Source: a virus
Virus record (IMG/VR): IMGVR_UViG_3300001533_002237
Location: 30,309-94,308 of that record
Reading direction: 5' to 3' (one strand)
Length of the DNA: 64,000 nucleotides
Shown here: in pieces, positions 51,423 to 61,713 of the stretch
How the letters are laid out: each line of letters begins with the position of its first letter
How positions within the stretch are numbered: position 1 is the stretch's first letter
Position numbers and translations under genes: made by a program
The notes under the pieces: model-generated
What the model was told of the DNA's origin: nothing
The model's database searches: none
Seen by the model: the letters and a program-made list of their open reading frames with translations, nothing else

Positions 51423-52191
51423 CCGCATGAAGCGGAATTATGAAAATCGAACTCGTATCTATTTACCGAGAAGAACATATACGATTGTGCGTGTCGATGG
51501 TAAATGTTTTGGAAATTTTACTAAAAATTTAATACGTCCTTTTGATATGGGTTTGATTGAAGACATGAATGAAACTGCAAAATATCTTTGTCAATATATT
51601 CAAGGTGCTAAGATTGGTTTTGTACAGTCTGATGAAATCAGTATATTAATGACTGATTTTGATACTATTACAACAGATGCTTGGTTTGATGGTAATATTC
51701 AAAAAATTGTTAGTGTTGCTGCTAGTATGGCTACGGCTAAATTTAATCAGTTAAGACAGGCAAGATATATTAAGGAAAAATTTGATAAAGGAATAACTAA
51801 CGTAACGTACAGATGGATGGAAGTATTATCAGAACAAAAACTTGCTGAATTCGATGCAAGAACATTTACGATTCCTTCTAAAACAGAAGTAATGAATTAT
51901 TTTATCTGGAGGCAAAATGATTGTGTTAGAAACAGTATTTCAAGTGTTGCTCAAAGTCTTTATCATAATAAAAAACTTGAAGGTAAAAACATGAGTATGC
52001 AACAAGAAATGATTTTTCAAAAAGGTATTAATTGGAATGACTATGAACCAATATTTAAACGTGGTAGGTTTGTTTGTAAAGAAAAATATGACAAAGATGG
52101 AGTAGAAAGAACACGATGGATTATTCGTGACTGTCCAACATTTAGTCAAAATCAAGAATTTCTGGACTCATTTACTCCTGATTTATCTTAA
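51403..52191 (+). CDS. tRNA(His) guanylyltransferase / Thg1-like 3'-5' polymerase
   Basis: RVDGK.F, QSDEIS, FDAR, YFIWRQ.DC.RNS. Confidence 0.92.
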   Translation: MRDELGDRMKRNYENRTRIYLPRRTYTIVRVDGKCFGNFTKNLIRPFDMGLIEDMNETAKYLCQYIQGAKIGFVQSDEISILMTDFDTITTDAWFDGNIQKIVSVAASMATAKFNQLRQARYIKEKFDKGITNVTYRWMEVLSEQKLAEFDARTFTIPSKTEVMNYFIWRQNDCVRNSISSVAQSLYHNKKLEGKNMSMQQEMIFQKGINWNDYEPIFKRGRFVCKEKYDKDGVERTRWIIRDCPTFSQNQEFLDSFTPDLS

Positions 52192-52193
52192 TA

Positions 52194-52505
52194 TTGAAGG
52201 CAAAGCGTATGTATAAAGTTGTAACAGAAAATCAAGAATCATTGGGACTTAGAAAAAATCCTAACATTATGAAATTTTTTATTAATAAATGGATGCATGA
52301 ACCCAATCCCAATGAAAGTAAACAAGATTCTGGTGGAATTTGGTGTTGTGAAAAACTAAGTGCTGCTCGTGGTTTAAAAAAATATTTTGAAAAGAAATAT
52401 GGTAAAGCTAAAATATTTGAATGTGAAACAGGTATTGTATTGTTTCAAAATAATTATCGAATAAAAACAGATAAAGTTAAATTAATAAAAGAAATAATCT
52501 ATTAA
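52194..52505 (+). CDS. Hypothetical protein
   Basis: 103 aa, TTG start. Confidence 0.5.
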   Translation: MKAKRMYKVVTENQESLGLRKNPNIMKFFINKWMHEPNPNESKQDSGGIWCCEKLSAARGLKKYFEKKYGKAKIFECETGIVLFQNNYRIKTDKVKLIKEIIY

Positions 52506-52642
52506 TCAAATTTGGAAAAATAATTTATTATCACTAACTTCCCCCAAAAATCATATATGAAAGAATTAAAAACTATTTAATAGATATAACTTGTAATTCA
52601 GTTGTCTTTTTACTGAATAATTGTATTTGTAATAAATATAAA

Positions 52643-53604
52643 ATGAAAAAAATATTAAAAGAAAATGCTATTATCAGGTTAAATAATCATAATCCAAATA
52701 TAATATTGATTGGAGAATATGTAGGTTTAACCAATAATACTAATTTTAAATGTAAAAAATGTGGTAGTATTAGATTTACATCATTTTATAAATTATTAAA
52801 TAGTACTAGAAAATTAGGTTGTATTAAATGTGAAAAAAGGAAAAAAAATAAAAAGGAAAAAAGTAGAACTAAATCACATAAACAATACTTATTGGAAATT
52901 TATAATATTTGGGGAATTCTGTTAGAATTATTGGTCAATATAATGGTACTTATAAAAAAATTGAAGTTAAGTGTAATGTATGTAATAACATTTGGAATCC
53001 TGAAGCCAAATCATTATTAGCTAAACATGGATGTCCTAAGTGTGGTCATTTGAAGAATAGAATATCAACAGTAAAAAAACAAGATGAATATATTGCTGAA
53101 GTTAACATCAAACATAATAATAGAATTACTGTTATTGGAAAATATGTGTCAGGAAATAATAAGATATTATTAAAATGTAATAAATGTCAATATGAATGGT
53201 CATCTGTTGCACGTAATATAATTAAAGGTAGAGGTTGTCCTAAATGTAGATTAAATAAAGGCGAGACAATAATAAATAATATTTTAGAAGAAATTAATGT
53301 CAATTTTAAACCACAATATGTTATTAAAAATTTAAAAACACCACATAATGGTATTCCAATATTTGATTTTGCAATATTTAATGAAAATAATGAATTAAAA
53401 ACCATTATTGAATACGATGGGATTCAGTATTTTAAACCAATAAAAAATTGGGGTGGTAAAAAAAGATTTGTTGAACAACAAAAGATTGATAAATTTAAAA
53501 ATGAGTATTGTATTAATCATAACATTAAAATGATAAGAATAAAATATACTGAATTAGAAAATATTAATAATAATTATATTAAACATAAAATATATGGAAA
53601 ATAA
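52643..53604 (+). pseudogene. Zn-ribbon-repeat DUF559-like endonuclease with a frameshift at about 52911
   Basis: CxxC...GCPKC repeats span both ORFs; C-terminal FDFAI...IEYDG.QYF. Confidence 0.7.
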
Positions 53605-53660
53605 ATTAGAATTAAGAACATTTTATTACGTGAATTAATTAAAGATAAAAAATTAGCATA

Positions 53661-54230
53661 ATGAACATACGTAAAATATTAAATATTAAAACAAAAAAAG
53701 ATAATGATATAATTAAGAAGGATATTGAAAAAATATTGTCTGGTTGTGATGTTATCGCTAATGTTGAATACAAAGAACAAAAAGAAAATCAATATGCTCA
53801 TGATGGACAGTGTCCAATGTGTAGAAATAAAACAAATATTGTTAATAAAATAAAAGATGTTAATGGTAAAATAAATATTGATGGTGATTTTAAATTTGGT
53901 TTTGGTTCAATTAATGGTGGTTTAGATATTAATACCGATGAAGTAAATCATTGTAATAACTGTGGTAATGAATGGAAGAAATTTAAAACCAAATATGTTA
54001 CTGAAACAGATATAATTAGAGTTGCATTAAATTATTTGGCTGATATTTACGATAACCCTGAAAAAACTAAAAATCATTATTGGAAACATGATACTATTAA
54101 AGTGTTTGATAATTGTTATGCTGAATCAATAAAAATACTAATAAAAAAACATTATCATTTTTTACATGATACCATTAACATCTTAACACTAAAGAAACTT
54201 AGAGAAAATTTTAAATCAATATTTGATTAA
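53661..54230 (+). CDS. Hypothetical Zn-ribbon protein
   Basis: CPMC...CNNC. Confidence 0.55.
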   Translation: MNIRKILNIKTKKDNDIIKKDIEKILSGCDVIANVEYKEQKENQYAHDGQCPMCRNKTNIVNKIKDVNGKINIDGDFKFGFGSINGGLDINTDEVNHCNNCGNEWKKFKTKYVTETDIIRVALNYLADIYDNPEKTKNHYWKHDTIKVFDNCYAESIKILIKKHYHFLHDTINILTLKKLRENFKSIFD

Positions 54231-54232
54231 TA

Positions 54233-54766
54233 ATGGCAGTTAAAGGAAAAAGAAATGTTAAAATACCTAAAATAACAACTGCTGAAATGGAAGTTAGCAT
54301 CGCTAAATATTTTGGAATTAGAAAACATATTATCGTTCCAAATCTTTCATGGGGTTTTGATGGAATACATGAATGTGACCTTTTTTTCATTAGAAAAGGT
54401 CGATATGCATTTGAAGTTGAAATAAAAAGAACTAAAGCTGACCTTCTCGCTGATTTTAAAAAATATCATAATCACGTTGATAGAAAAAATAGAATTGTTC
54501 AATTATATTATGCAATACCTAAAGAATTATTAAGTACTTGTGAAGAACATATTCCAGAACAATTTGGAATTCTTATCGTTGAAAAATACGAATCATATGG
54601 AAAATATTATGACCATACTTCCATGTATCGAGAAGCAAAACGAAAAACTGGTGCTAAACGATTAACTGAAAATGAAGTATTAAAGGCAGCTAGACTTGGT
54701 TGTATGAGAATATGGAGTCTTAAAGAAAAATTAAATAAACAAAAACGTAAAAATGACAAAACATGA
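54233..54766 (+). CDS. PD-(D/E)XK nuclease (MmcB-like)
   Basis: HECD...EVEIK...ADFKK...YYAIP. Confidence 0.65.
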   Translation: MAVKGKRNVKIPKITTAEMEVSIAKYFGIRKHIIVPNLSWGFDGIHECDLFFIRKGRYAFEVEIKRTKADLLADFKKYHNHVDRKNRIVQLYYAIPKELLSTCEEHIPEQFGILIVEKYESYGKYYDHTSMYREAKRKTGAKRLTENEVLKAARLGCMRIWSLKEKLNKQKRKNDKT

Positions 54767-54947
54767 ATTTTGTAAAGATATTGTCGAACTAATTGATAAT
54801 ATGAATTACATTGGTGAAACTGATAAAGAAAAACAAATTGAAGCAGTTAAAGCATTAATTTCACCACTTAAACCTAAGGATTTAAAAAAATTTGTTAAAT
54901 GGGGACAACCACATCAACAATCAACAATTGATGAATGTTGGGATTAG
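54753..54947 (+). CDS. Hypothetical protein
   Basis: 64 aa. Confidence 0.45.
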   Translation: MTKHEFCKDIVELIDNMNYIGETDKEKQIEAVKALISPLKPKDLKKFVKWGQPHQQSTIDECWD

Positions 54948-54975
54948 TTGTAACATAATTTTATTATTTCCGTAT
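54948..54975 (+). promoter_or_regulatory. ECF-type promoter
   Basis: TTGTAAC-N16-CGTAT. Confidence 0.75.
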
Positions 54976-55011
54976 TAAAAATAAAAAGAATTAATAAAAA
55001 ACAAATATTTT

Positions 55012-56013
55012 ATGAAAATTACTGAAGATGAAAATGATTATGAATTAGATTTAATTAATGAAGAAATTAAAGAGGAAATTTATGAAGCCCTAGATAAAAG
55101 AGAACCAGTTAAAAATGATGGGTATTGTCAATGGTTAAAGGAAGCTAATAATGTATATCATCCTGTTGGTAAAATTGAATTAATGCAGGAATTACCGGGT
55201 GGTAAATATGATATTTTATGGTCAAATGAAAGAAGTCAATATTATTTCATAAAAACAAATGTTGTTTTAGATGAGTTATTAGAGTTACCGAATCCAACTT
55301 TTAATTCAATAATTGGTGATATTAAGTATTTTTGGAAAAATAAAAGTTTATTTGATAAATATAAATATGCATATAAAAGAGGGATATTGTTGTTTGGTGA
55401 ACCGGGATGTGGAAAAACATCAATAACTGCTCAACTTACAGACTATATTACAACTAAAATGAATGGTATTGTTTTTTCAATAAATAATGGAAGAATGTTA
55501 GATTTTTATGCTAGTGCAGTTCCTAATCTTTTAAAAAGAATACAACCTGATGTACCTGTTTTAGTATTAATTGAAGACCTTGATGGTTTATTAAGAAATA
55601 CTGAAAATGAAACACTTTTATTAAATATTCTTGATGGTTTAAATCAAACGAATAATGTAGTTTTTATTGGCAATACTAATTATCCTGAGAATCTTAAAGA
55701 TAGAATATTAAATAGACCATCGAGATTTGATAAACGATACTATATCGGTCCGCCTAATGCTGCAGTGAGAAAATTTTATTTTGAAAATAAAATTACTCCT
55801 GATGATTTGAAAAAAACTAATATTAATGAACTCGTTGAAAAAAGTGAAGGTCTTACTTTAGCACATCTTGGTGAATTGATTAAAGGAATTTATATTTTTA
55901 ATAAAACAGTTAATGAAGTGGTTGATGATTTAAGAGATATGAAAAATTTTATATCAAGTAGTAAATTTGATTCAAAAGGAACTTCAGTGGGTTTTTCAAA
56001 TAAAAAGAAATAA
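55012..56013 (+). CDS. AAA+ ATPase
   Basis: GEPGCGKT, LIEDLD, TNYPE, NRPSRFD. Confidence 0.9.
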   Translation: MKITEDENDYELDLINEEIKEEIYEALDKREPVKNDGYCQWLKEANNVYHPVGKIELMQELPGGKYDILWSNERSQYYFIKTNVVLDELLELPNPTFNSIIGDIKYFWKNKSLFDKYKYAYKRGILLFGEPGCGKTSITAQLTDYITTKMNGIVFSINNGRMLDFYASAVPNLLKRIQPDVPVLVLIEDLDGLLRNTENETLLLNILDGLNQTNNVVFIGNTNYPENLKDRILNRPSRFDKRYYIGPPNAAVRKFYFENKITPDDLKKTNINELVEKSEGLTLAHLGELIKGIYIFNKTVNEVVDDLRDMKNFISSSKFDSKGTSVGFSNKKK

Positions 56014-56222
56014 TGGTAACAATTTATAAATATTATAAGAATTCAAATACTAATGATATTATTAAAAGTCAAGAATTTACTGAAACAAGTATTGATTTTC
56101 CAATTAACTATTATCGAGATGGTCAGCCTATTGAAAATCTAGATTTAACTGGTTATGTTGAAATAAGTGAAAAAAAATATAGAAGAATTAAAAGAAAGGC
56201 AAAAAATGAAAGACATTACTAA
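56013..56222 (+). CDS. Hypothetical protein
   Basis: 69 aa. Confidence 0.5.
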   Translation: MVTIYKYYKNSNTNDIIKSQEFTETSIDFPINYYRDGQPIENLDLTGYVEISEKKYRRIKRKAKNERHY

Positions 56223-56463
56223 AGAAAAATTATTAGCATTAGGGTTTGAAGAAGTATATTCAACACCAGAACAAAGTGGTACTGAAAAAGGATTTTATTA
56301 TTACACATATAATATTGATGGTCAGTGTTTATTAATTTCAGATGCTAGTGATGAAAATGATGGTAATTACACTATTGAATTTTTTGAATTTAATTCAATT
56401 AAAATTTTTGAATTTGAAGAATTAATTAAATTTATTGAAATTGTAAAAAGAAACACAAAATAA
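56167..56463 (+). CDS. Hypothetical protein (true start probably the internal MKDIT)
   Basis: ORF coupled to the helicase start. Confidence 0.5.
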   Translation: MKKNIEELKERQKMKDITKEKLLALGFEEVYSTPEQSGTEKGFYYYTYNIDGQCLLISDASDENDGNYTIEFFEFNSIKIFEFEELIKFIEIVKRNTK

Positions 56464-57878
56464 TGGAAGATAATCAATTGAAATTACCTAATGGTAAAAT
56501 CATTACATTTAATTCAGAACAATTTGATGGGTTGAAAAAAATAAATCATTGGTTAAATAATGGTGAAACTTTCTTTACTTTGAGTGGTCCTGCTGGTTCA
56601 GGAAAATCTACAATAATAAAAAAAATATTAGATAATTATCGTTATGGTGTAGTAGTAAGTGCACCAACACATAAAGCTGTTGGAGTTATTCAAAAAATAA
56701 CTAATAAAGATGGTCAAACTTTGCATTCATTATTAGGATTAAGACCAGATATTGATATTTCGGATTTTAATCCTAATTCACCAATATTTAACCCAATTGC
56801 ATTACCAAAAATTAATAATTATAATTTAGTTATTATTGATGAAGCATCAATGATTAATATTGATTTATATAATTTAATAAAAGAAAAAGTTAAAAATCAT
56901 AAAACTAAGGTACTATTTATTGGTGATATTGCTCAAATACCGCCTGTTGGTGAAAAAGAAAGTGTGGTATTTAATGATATTAATGTTGAAAAATATTATC
57001 TAACAAAAATTGAACGACAACAAGATACCAACCCAATATTATTTGTTGCAGATAATGTTAGAAATAATTTAACAGCTATTGATGGTGGATTTCTCAGGAA
57101 AACAAATCGAAACAAATTAGGTGAAGGCATTGAATTTATAATTGATAAAAGGAAATTTAAAAATATCATTTTAGATAAATTTATGTCAGATGATTTTAAA
57201 AAAGATATTGATTATTGTAGAGGTATTGCATGGAAAAATGATACGGTAATCAAATCAAATAAAATTATTAGAACAGCAATTTTTGGTAACAAAACCGATG
57301 TTGTCGAATTAAACGATATTATTATGGGGTATCGAACAATTACTGATGAAAAACAAAGAAATATTATTATAAAAAATTCTGGTGATTACCTTATTGTTGA
57401 AAAATCTGAATTAGAAGAAAACAAATATGGTATTAAAGGTTATAGAGTTAAATTAAAAGAAGAATTAAATTGGGGTCATTTCAATTTTGAAGATATTTTT
57501 ATTATTAATACAAATGATAAAGAAAATTTACATTTATATGGTGAAATGCATGATTTTTTTAAAGACATGGGTATTAATAATAAAAAAATGTGGGCGAAAT
57601 ATTATGAATTTCGTAGACATAATATTTTGATGAAAACAATTGATAAGTACCGAAATGGTCAATATAGGGATAATAAAAATATTATAGTTAAAGATATTGA
57701 TTATGGATACTTTTTAACATGTCACAAAGCACAGGGTTCTACATATGAACATGTTGTTATAATATTAAGTGATATTGAAGAAAATTGGATATTAAAGGAA
57801 CGAAATCAACTTTTTTATACATCATTAACACGTCCAACAAAAACAGCCACAATATTGTGTAATAAAGTTGATTATTAA
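56463..57878 (+). CDS. Dda/RecD-like SF1B helicase
   Basis: GPAGSGKS, SAPTHKA, IIDEASM, GDIAQIPPV, TCHKAQGST, YTSLTR. Confidence 0.9.
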   Translation: MEDNQLKLPNGKIITFNSEQFDGLKKINHWLNNGETFFTLSGPAGSGKSTIIKKILDNYRYGVVVSAPTHKAVGVIQKITNKDGQTLHSLLGLRPDIDISDFNPNSPIFNPIALPKINNYNLVIIDEASMINIDLYNLIKEKVKNHKTKVLFIGDIAQIPPVGEKESVVFNDINVEKYYLTKIERQQDTNPILFVADNVRNNLTAIDGGFLRKTNRNKLGEGIEFIIDKRKFKNIILDKFMSDDFKKDIDYCRGIAWKNDTVIKSNKIIRTAIFGNKTDVVELNDIIMGYRTITDEKQRNIIIKNSGDYLIVEKSELEENKYGIKGYRVKLKEELNWGHFNFEDIFIINTNDKENLHLYGEMHDFFKDMGINNKKMWAKYYEFRRHNILMKTIDKYRNGQYRDNKNIIVKDIDYGYFLTCHKAQGSTYEHVVIILSDIEENWILKERNQLFYTSLTRPTKTATILCNKVDY

Positions 57879-58604
57879 TTATATTGATTTAATTATATAC
57901 CATCCACAATATTTACCCCTTTTTATTTTTTCATTATTTCTATATGTATTACAAAAACTGTGTTCTGGTAAGTTTAGTTTCTTTAATTCATTTTTTATGT
58001 TTCCATGTATTTTATGAAATAATTCATTATTTTGGTTATAAATTTTATATACACTACTTTTAGTTTTACTTATTTTTAATTTTGTTTTATCTGTATGAAT
58101 AAGACCTGTTTTACTTTTACTCATTTTTTCTTTAGTCTCTTTAGAACGTTTTAAACCTTTAATTGCTATACATAATTTATCTCTGGTTTGTTTTGACGGA
58201 AAATATGTGTGTACTCCCTTTTTAGCGTTACTTATTTTTATTTTTGTTTCTTTAGAACGCTTAATTCCTTTAAGAGTATTACTTATTTTTATTTTTGTTT
58301 CATTTAACATTTTTATTGTGTTACCTCCTTCATTCAAATTCAAACTATGTTTAGTATTAAATGTATCATAAAATTTAATATAATATTTTTCATAATCATT
58401 TAACTCAGATTCCAAACATTCATGAATTACTTCAAATATATGCATATTCCAACCATATTTAATTATTGAATTATGAATTTTTGGTTGACCAATACCTAAT
58501 TTACCATTATAATGATATATTCTTTTTTTTATATCTTTCGACTGACCAATATAAATTTTACCTGAAGGTGATGTTATTTTATATATCCCACAAATTTTAT
58601 TCAT
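57879..58604 (-). CDS. GIY-YIG homing endonuclease with NUMOD3 repeats
   Basis: CGIYKITSPSGKIYIGQS...R; repeated SKETK.K(I/M)S. Confidence 0.88.
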   Translation of the reverse strand: MNKICGIYKITSPSGKIYIGQSKDIKKRIYHYNGKLGIGQPKIHNSIIKYGWNMHIFEVIHECLESELNDYEKYYIKFYDTFNTKHSLNLNEGGNTIKMLNETKIKISNTLKGIKRSKETKIKISNAKKGVHTYFPSKQTRDKLCIAIKGLKRSKETKEKMSKSKTGLIHTDKTKLKISKTKSSVYKIYNQNNELFHKIHGNIKNELKKLNLPEHSFCNTYRNNEKIKRGKYCGWYIIKSI

Positions 58605-58660
58605 GAATCCTAATATTTTTTGAAAATTTTTTCATATCTTTGTACAAATTTGAAAAAGTT

Positions 58661-60400
58661 ATGCTAATACAAGAAAATATTAATTCTAAGCAAATTACTT
58701 TTTATCTAAACAAGATTATTTCAGGGCAGACTGGATTTGAACAGAATTTAGATAAAAAGCACAGAAAGCAAAATGGAGTATTTCTTACTAATTCTATAAA
58801 TACTGTTGAAAATGTTTTAAGTGTCATTGAAATTGACTCAGATATTTTTAGCAAGCGTATTCTTGAACCTTCATGTGGTCAAGGTATTTTCATTTTAAAA
58901 ATTATTGCTGATGTATTTCAAAAATTTCCTGATAAAAAGTTGATTGATGGATTTATTTCAAATAATCTTTTCTTTGTCGATGTACAAGAAGAAATGATTG
59001 AAAAAACAAAATCTAATATTCAATCACTTTACAAATTCCTTTTAGGGATAGAATATACAGGTACATTTAATTCTATTACATGGGATTTCACTGATAAAGC
59101 ACCAGTTGAAACAAACTTATTTGATATACCTAAAAACACACCGTTTACTAATCTTTATAATTCGTTTGATTATGTTATTGGAAATCCACCTTATGTTACT
59201 TTATACGGTAGAAGAGATAAAAAGCAAAACGAAGAACAACGCATAAATTACTTGAAAAATTATAATCAGTTTCCTAATTCTGTAAAAAACGGTAAGATAA
59301 ATTTGGTTATGTTGTTTTTAGAACACTCACTAGATTTTCTTAAAGAGAATGGGAAATTGAGTTTTATTATTGATGTATCTTTTTTTGAAACTGCTTATGA
59401 GCATACAAGAAAATATTTGTTAGACAAAACAAAAATTCTGGAATTACATGTAAATATTAAAGATTTTGATGTTGCAAGCGGACAAGTTATTATTAAAATT
59501 GTAAAATCAAATGGATTAAAGAATAACGATGTTAAGATACAAGACCATAAAACTCAAAATAGTTATTTTATACCACAATTAAGTTGGTTGAATAAAAATG
59601 ACGAATACAAATTTAGATATAATGGTTGTGGTATTTCAAAACAAATCATTGATAAGGTAATTGCAAGGAAAGACAAAACTTTAATGGGGTTGTTCCCTAA
59701 TAAAAACCTTAGAACATGTGTAATGCTGCTTGACATGGAAGATAAATTTACTTTTCAAGATTATACAGGAAAAGATGAAACCCTGATTTATCCCTATTAC
59801 CAAGGTTCAAAAGCACTTTCTGAAAAATATGGCAAATTAAATTTTACAAAATACTTCTATTACAATAAACCGCTTCAAGATTCTATTAATGACGAATTGA
59901 AAATACAACTTGAAAAGGAGGGTGTAAAAAATAAGAAACGACTAGGACTTGGTGAAACTATAATTTATAATAACCCTAAATTATACATTCGCCAGTCTGC
60001 TAAAGAAATAATCTCAACTGTTGACTTAAATAAAAGTTCCGCAAACAATAGTCTGTATGTATTTTCATTACGAAATAATAAACCTGAAACAATAGAATTT
60101 CTGTACTTTTTGTGTGGTTGGTTGAATACAGATTTGATTACATATTATTCCCAGCAGATGAATATAATTCGTTATTCACAAGGCAAGCAACCACAAATTA
60201 AAATATCTGATTTAGGAACAATATTTATTCCTGAAGATAAAATTTTACAGAAACAATTTGGTGATTTGAGTAAACAAATCTATGAATATCCAACAAGAAA
60301 GAACGAAATATCAGATAAGTTGAATAGTTTGATATATCAATATTATGAGTTAAATGAAATTGAAATTGAAACAATTGCGAAAGGGATTAAAGATTTTTAA
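58661..60400 (+). CDS. Type II N6-adenine DNA methyltransferase (gamma class, TaqI/Eco57I-like)
   Basis: LEPSCGQG motif I precedes GNPPY motif IV; C-terminal TRD; TATCTTTG -7 box at 58635 supports ATG 58661. Confidence 0.88.
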   Translation: MLIQENINSKQITFYLNKIISGQTGFEQNLDKKHRKQNGVFLTNSINTVENVLSVIEIDSDIFSKRILEPSCGQGIFILKIIADVFQKFPDKKLIDGFISNNLFFVDVQEEMIEKTKSNIQSLYKFLLGIEYTGTFNSITWDFTDKAPVETNLFDIPKNTPFTNLYNSFDYVIGNPPYVTLYGRRDKKQNEEQRINYLKNYNQFPNSVKNGKINLVMLFLEHSLDFLKENGKLSFIIDVSFFETAYEHTRKYLLDKTKILELHVNIKDFDVASGQVIIKIVKSNGLKNNDVKIQDHKTQNSYFIPQLSWLNKNDEYKFRYNGCGISKQIIDKVIARKDKTLMGLFPNKNLRTCVMLLDMEDKFTFQDYTGKDETLIYPYYQGSKALSEKYGKLNFTKYFYYNKPLQDSINDELKIQLEKEGVKNKKRLGLGETIIYNNPKLYIRQSAKEIISTVDLNKSSANNSLYVFSLRNNKPETIEFLYFLCGWLNTDLITYYSQQMNIIRYSQGKQPQIKISDLGTIFIPEDKILQKQFGDLSKQIYEYPTRKNEISDKLNSLIYQYYELNEIEIETIAKGIKDF

Positions 60401-61106
60401 TTTTATCTTCTTGCAATTTATTAAGTTCTTTGAGTTTATCAATGGACAAATCGGTTTTAAAATTTCCTTGACGCAAATTTTTTAATTGTTCATTTGCCTT
60501 TTTTAATTTTCTTTCATTAGATTCAATTTTCTTCTGAAGTAAAAATTCTAAAAAATCTTCTCTAGTTCTGTAGGATGGAGGTGCAAACCCATTCACTTGC
60601 ATTTGATTTGCGGGTGTTATTCTCATTGTATTACTAACGTCTTTCAGAAAGTATGATTTAACAACTAAATCATTGTGTTTTACAAACTCCAATCCTGTAT
60701 CATTTCCCTTATAGTAAACAAGAATGTATACCAAATAAAAATAACCGCTATTCATCAATGTCAATACCTTGGCAGGAGTTCCACTATCTGGATTTGTGTC
60801 ATCATTATCTACATTTATTGCTTTGAAGTCAATCCAAAGTAATTCACGATGATTATTAATTTCAAAAAAGGTTTGAACATCAAAGGGGTTCTTTGTTTTT
60901 CCTTCTGGCGAAGCTAATGAGTCTCTAAAATATTGGTGTGTTTTTGTAAAATCAACAAACTTATTTTCAAGATATTTGCTTATCCCATCACCAACTCGTT
61001 CTCCTTTTTTTACAGCGATTGCTAATTTAGGGCTACTGTTGATTATTTGTTCAACTACATCATTTAATTGTGCAATTATTAATTCTTCGTATGTTTTAAT
61101 GTCCAT
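60387..61106 (-). CDS. Putative type II restriction endonuclease
   Basis: PD-(D/E)XK-like PFD...WIDFK; convergent with the MTase and directly downstream of a C-protein gene. Confidence 0.7.
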   Translation of the reverse strand: MDIKTYEELIIAQLNDVVEQIINSSPKLAIAVKKGERVGDGISKYLENKFVDFTKTHQYFRDSLASPEGKTKNPFDVQTFFEINNHRELLWIDFKAINVDNDDTNPDSGTPAKVLTLMNSGYFYLVYILVYYKGNDTGLEFVKHNDLVVKSYFLKDVSNTMRITPANQMQVNGFAPPSYRTREDFLEFLLQKKIESNERKLKKANEQLKNLRQGNFKTDLSIDKLKELNKLQEDKIKNL

Positions 61107-61107
61107 T

Positions 61108-61326
61108 TTACTTGAATAAATCTGATTTAAAAAATTCGTAAACGGACATATTCAATGCTTTTGCAATTTTTTCAATATTGGCAACGGAAACATTTCTTTT
61201 TCCTTGTTCAATACTTGCAATGTAGGTTCTATCAAGTTCACATTCAAATGCAAACTTTTCCTGACTAAGACCTTTTAGTTTTCTTAATTCTCTTAATCTT
61301 ATTCCTATTTTTTCTTTAATGTCCAC
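61108..61326 (-). CDS. R-M controller (C) protein, XRE HTH
   Basis: GLSQEKFA...LDRTYIASIEQGKRNVS..NIEKIA; likelier GTG start at 61326. Confidence 0.85.
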   Translation of the reverse strand: MDIKEKIGIRLRELRKLKGLSQEKFAFECELDRTYIASIEQGKRNVSVANIEKIAKALNMSVYEFFKSDLFK

Positions 61327-61361
61327 AAGTGCAAAATTGCACAATTGTAGTTTATCATACA

Positions 61362-61374
61362 ACGGACTATAAGT
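61362..61374 (-). promoter_or_regulatory. C-box operator
   Basis: Minus strand ACTTATAGTCCGT resembles the C.Esp1396I/C.AhdI-type box; about 35 nt before the C gene. Confidence 0.7.
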
Positions 61375-61620
61375 ATAGTTTAGGAAATATTTTGTGATGG
61401 GGAAATTTGGCTCTTTGGCTTTTGCGAAGCAATGGCTTGTGTTTCGGGCAAATGACAATGTGCCAAATGTGTGTCGGTTTTCCGTTTTTCTTTCTTGTGG
61501 GTCGGCAAAAAAAACTAAATCTTTTTCCTTTCAAATCAGTCATTCCGCTTTTCTAGTATTTCGTTTTCAATTCAATCATTTCTGCTCAAGTTTGTCCTTC
61601 GTTGTCTTTCCTCGCCTTGT

Positions 61621-61713
61621 TGGTAACGGTTGGGTGTATGAAACGTAGCCACACGCAACACTTGATATAAACCACTAACCTTAATTGGCTATGTTTTATA
61701 CACCTTGTTATAT
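61621..61713 (-). repeat. attC-like site 1
   Basis: TAAC (61624) + GGTGTATGAAACGTAGCC / GGCTATGTTTTATACACC + GTTA (61707). Confidence 0.8.

Noticed and set aside
58600-58670. Distal attC closing the R-M cassette
   Set aside because: GTTA at 58658 has no flanking hairpin and does not complement the GTTGGTAAC end at 61619-61627.
61394-61648. 84-aa plus-strand ORF and the N-terminal extension of the C protein to 61458
   Set aside because: Both overlap the C-box, cassette leader and attC1; their composition is not protein-like.
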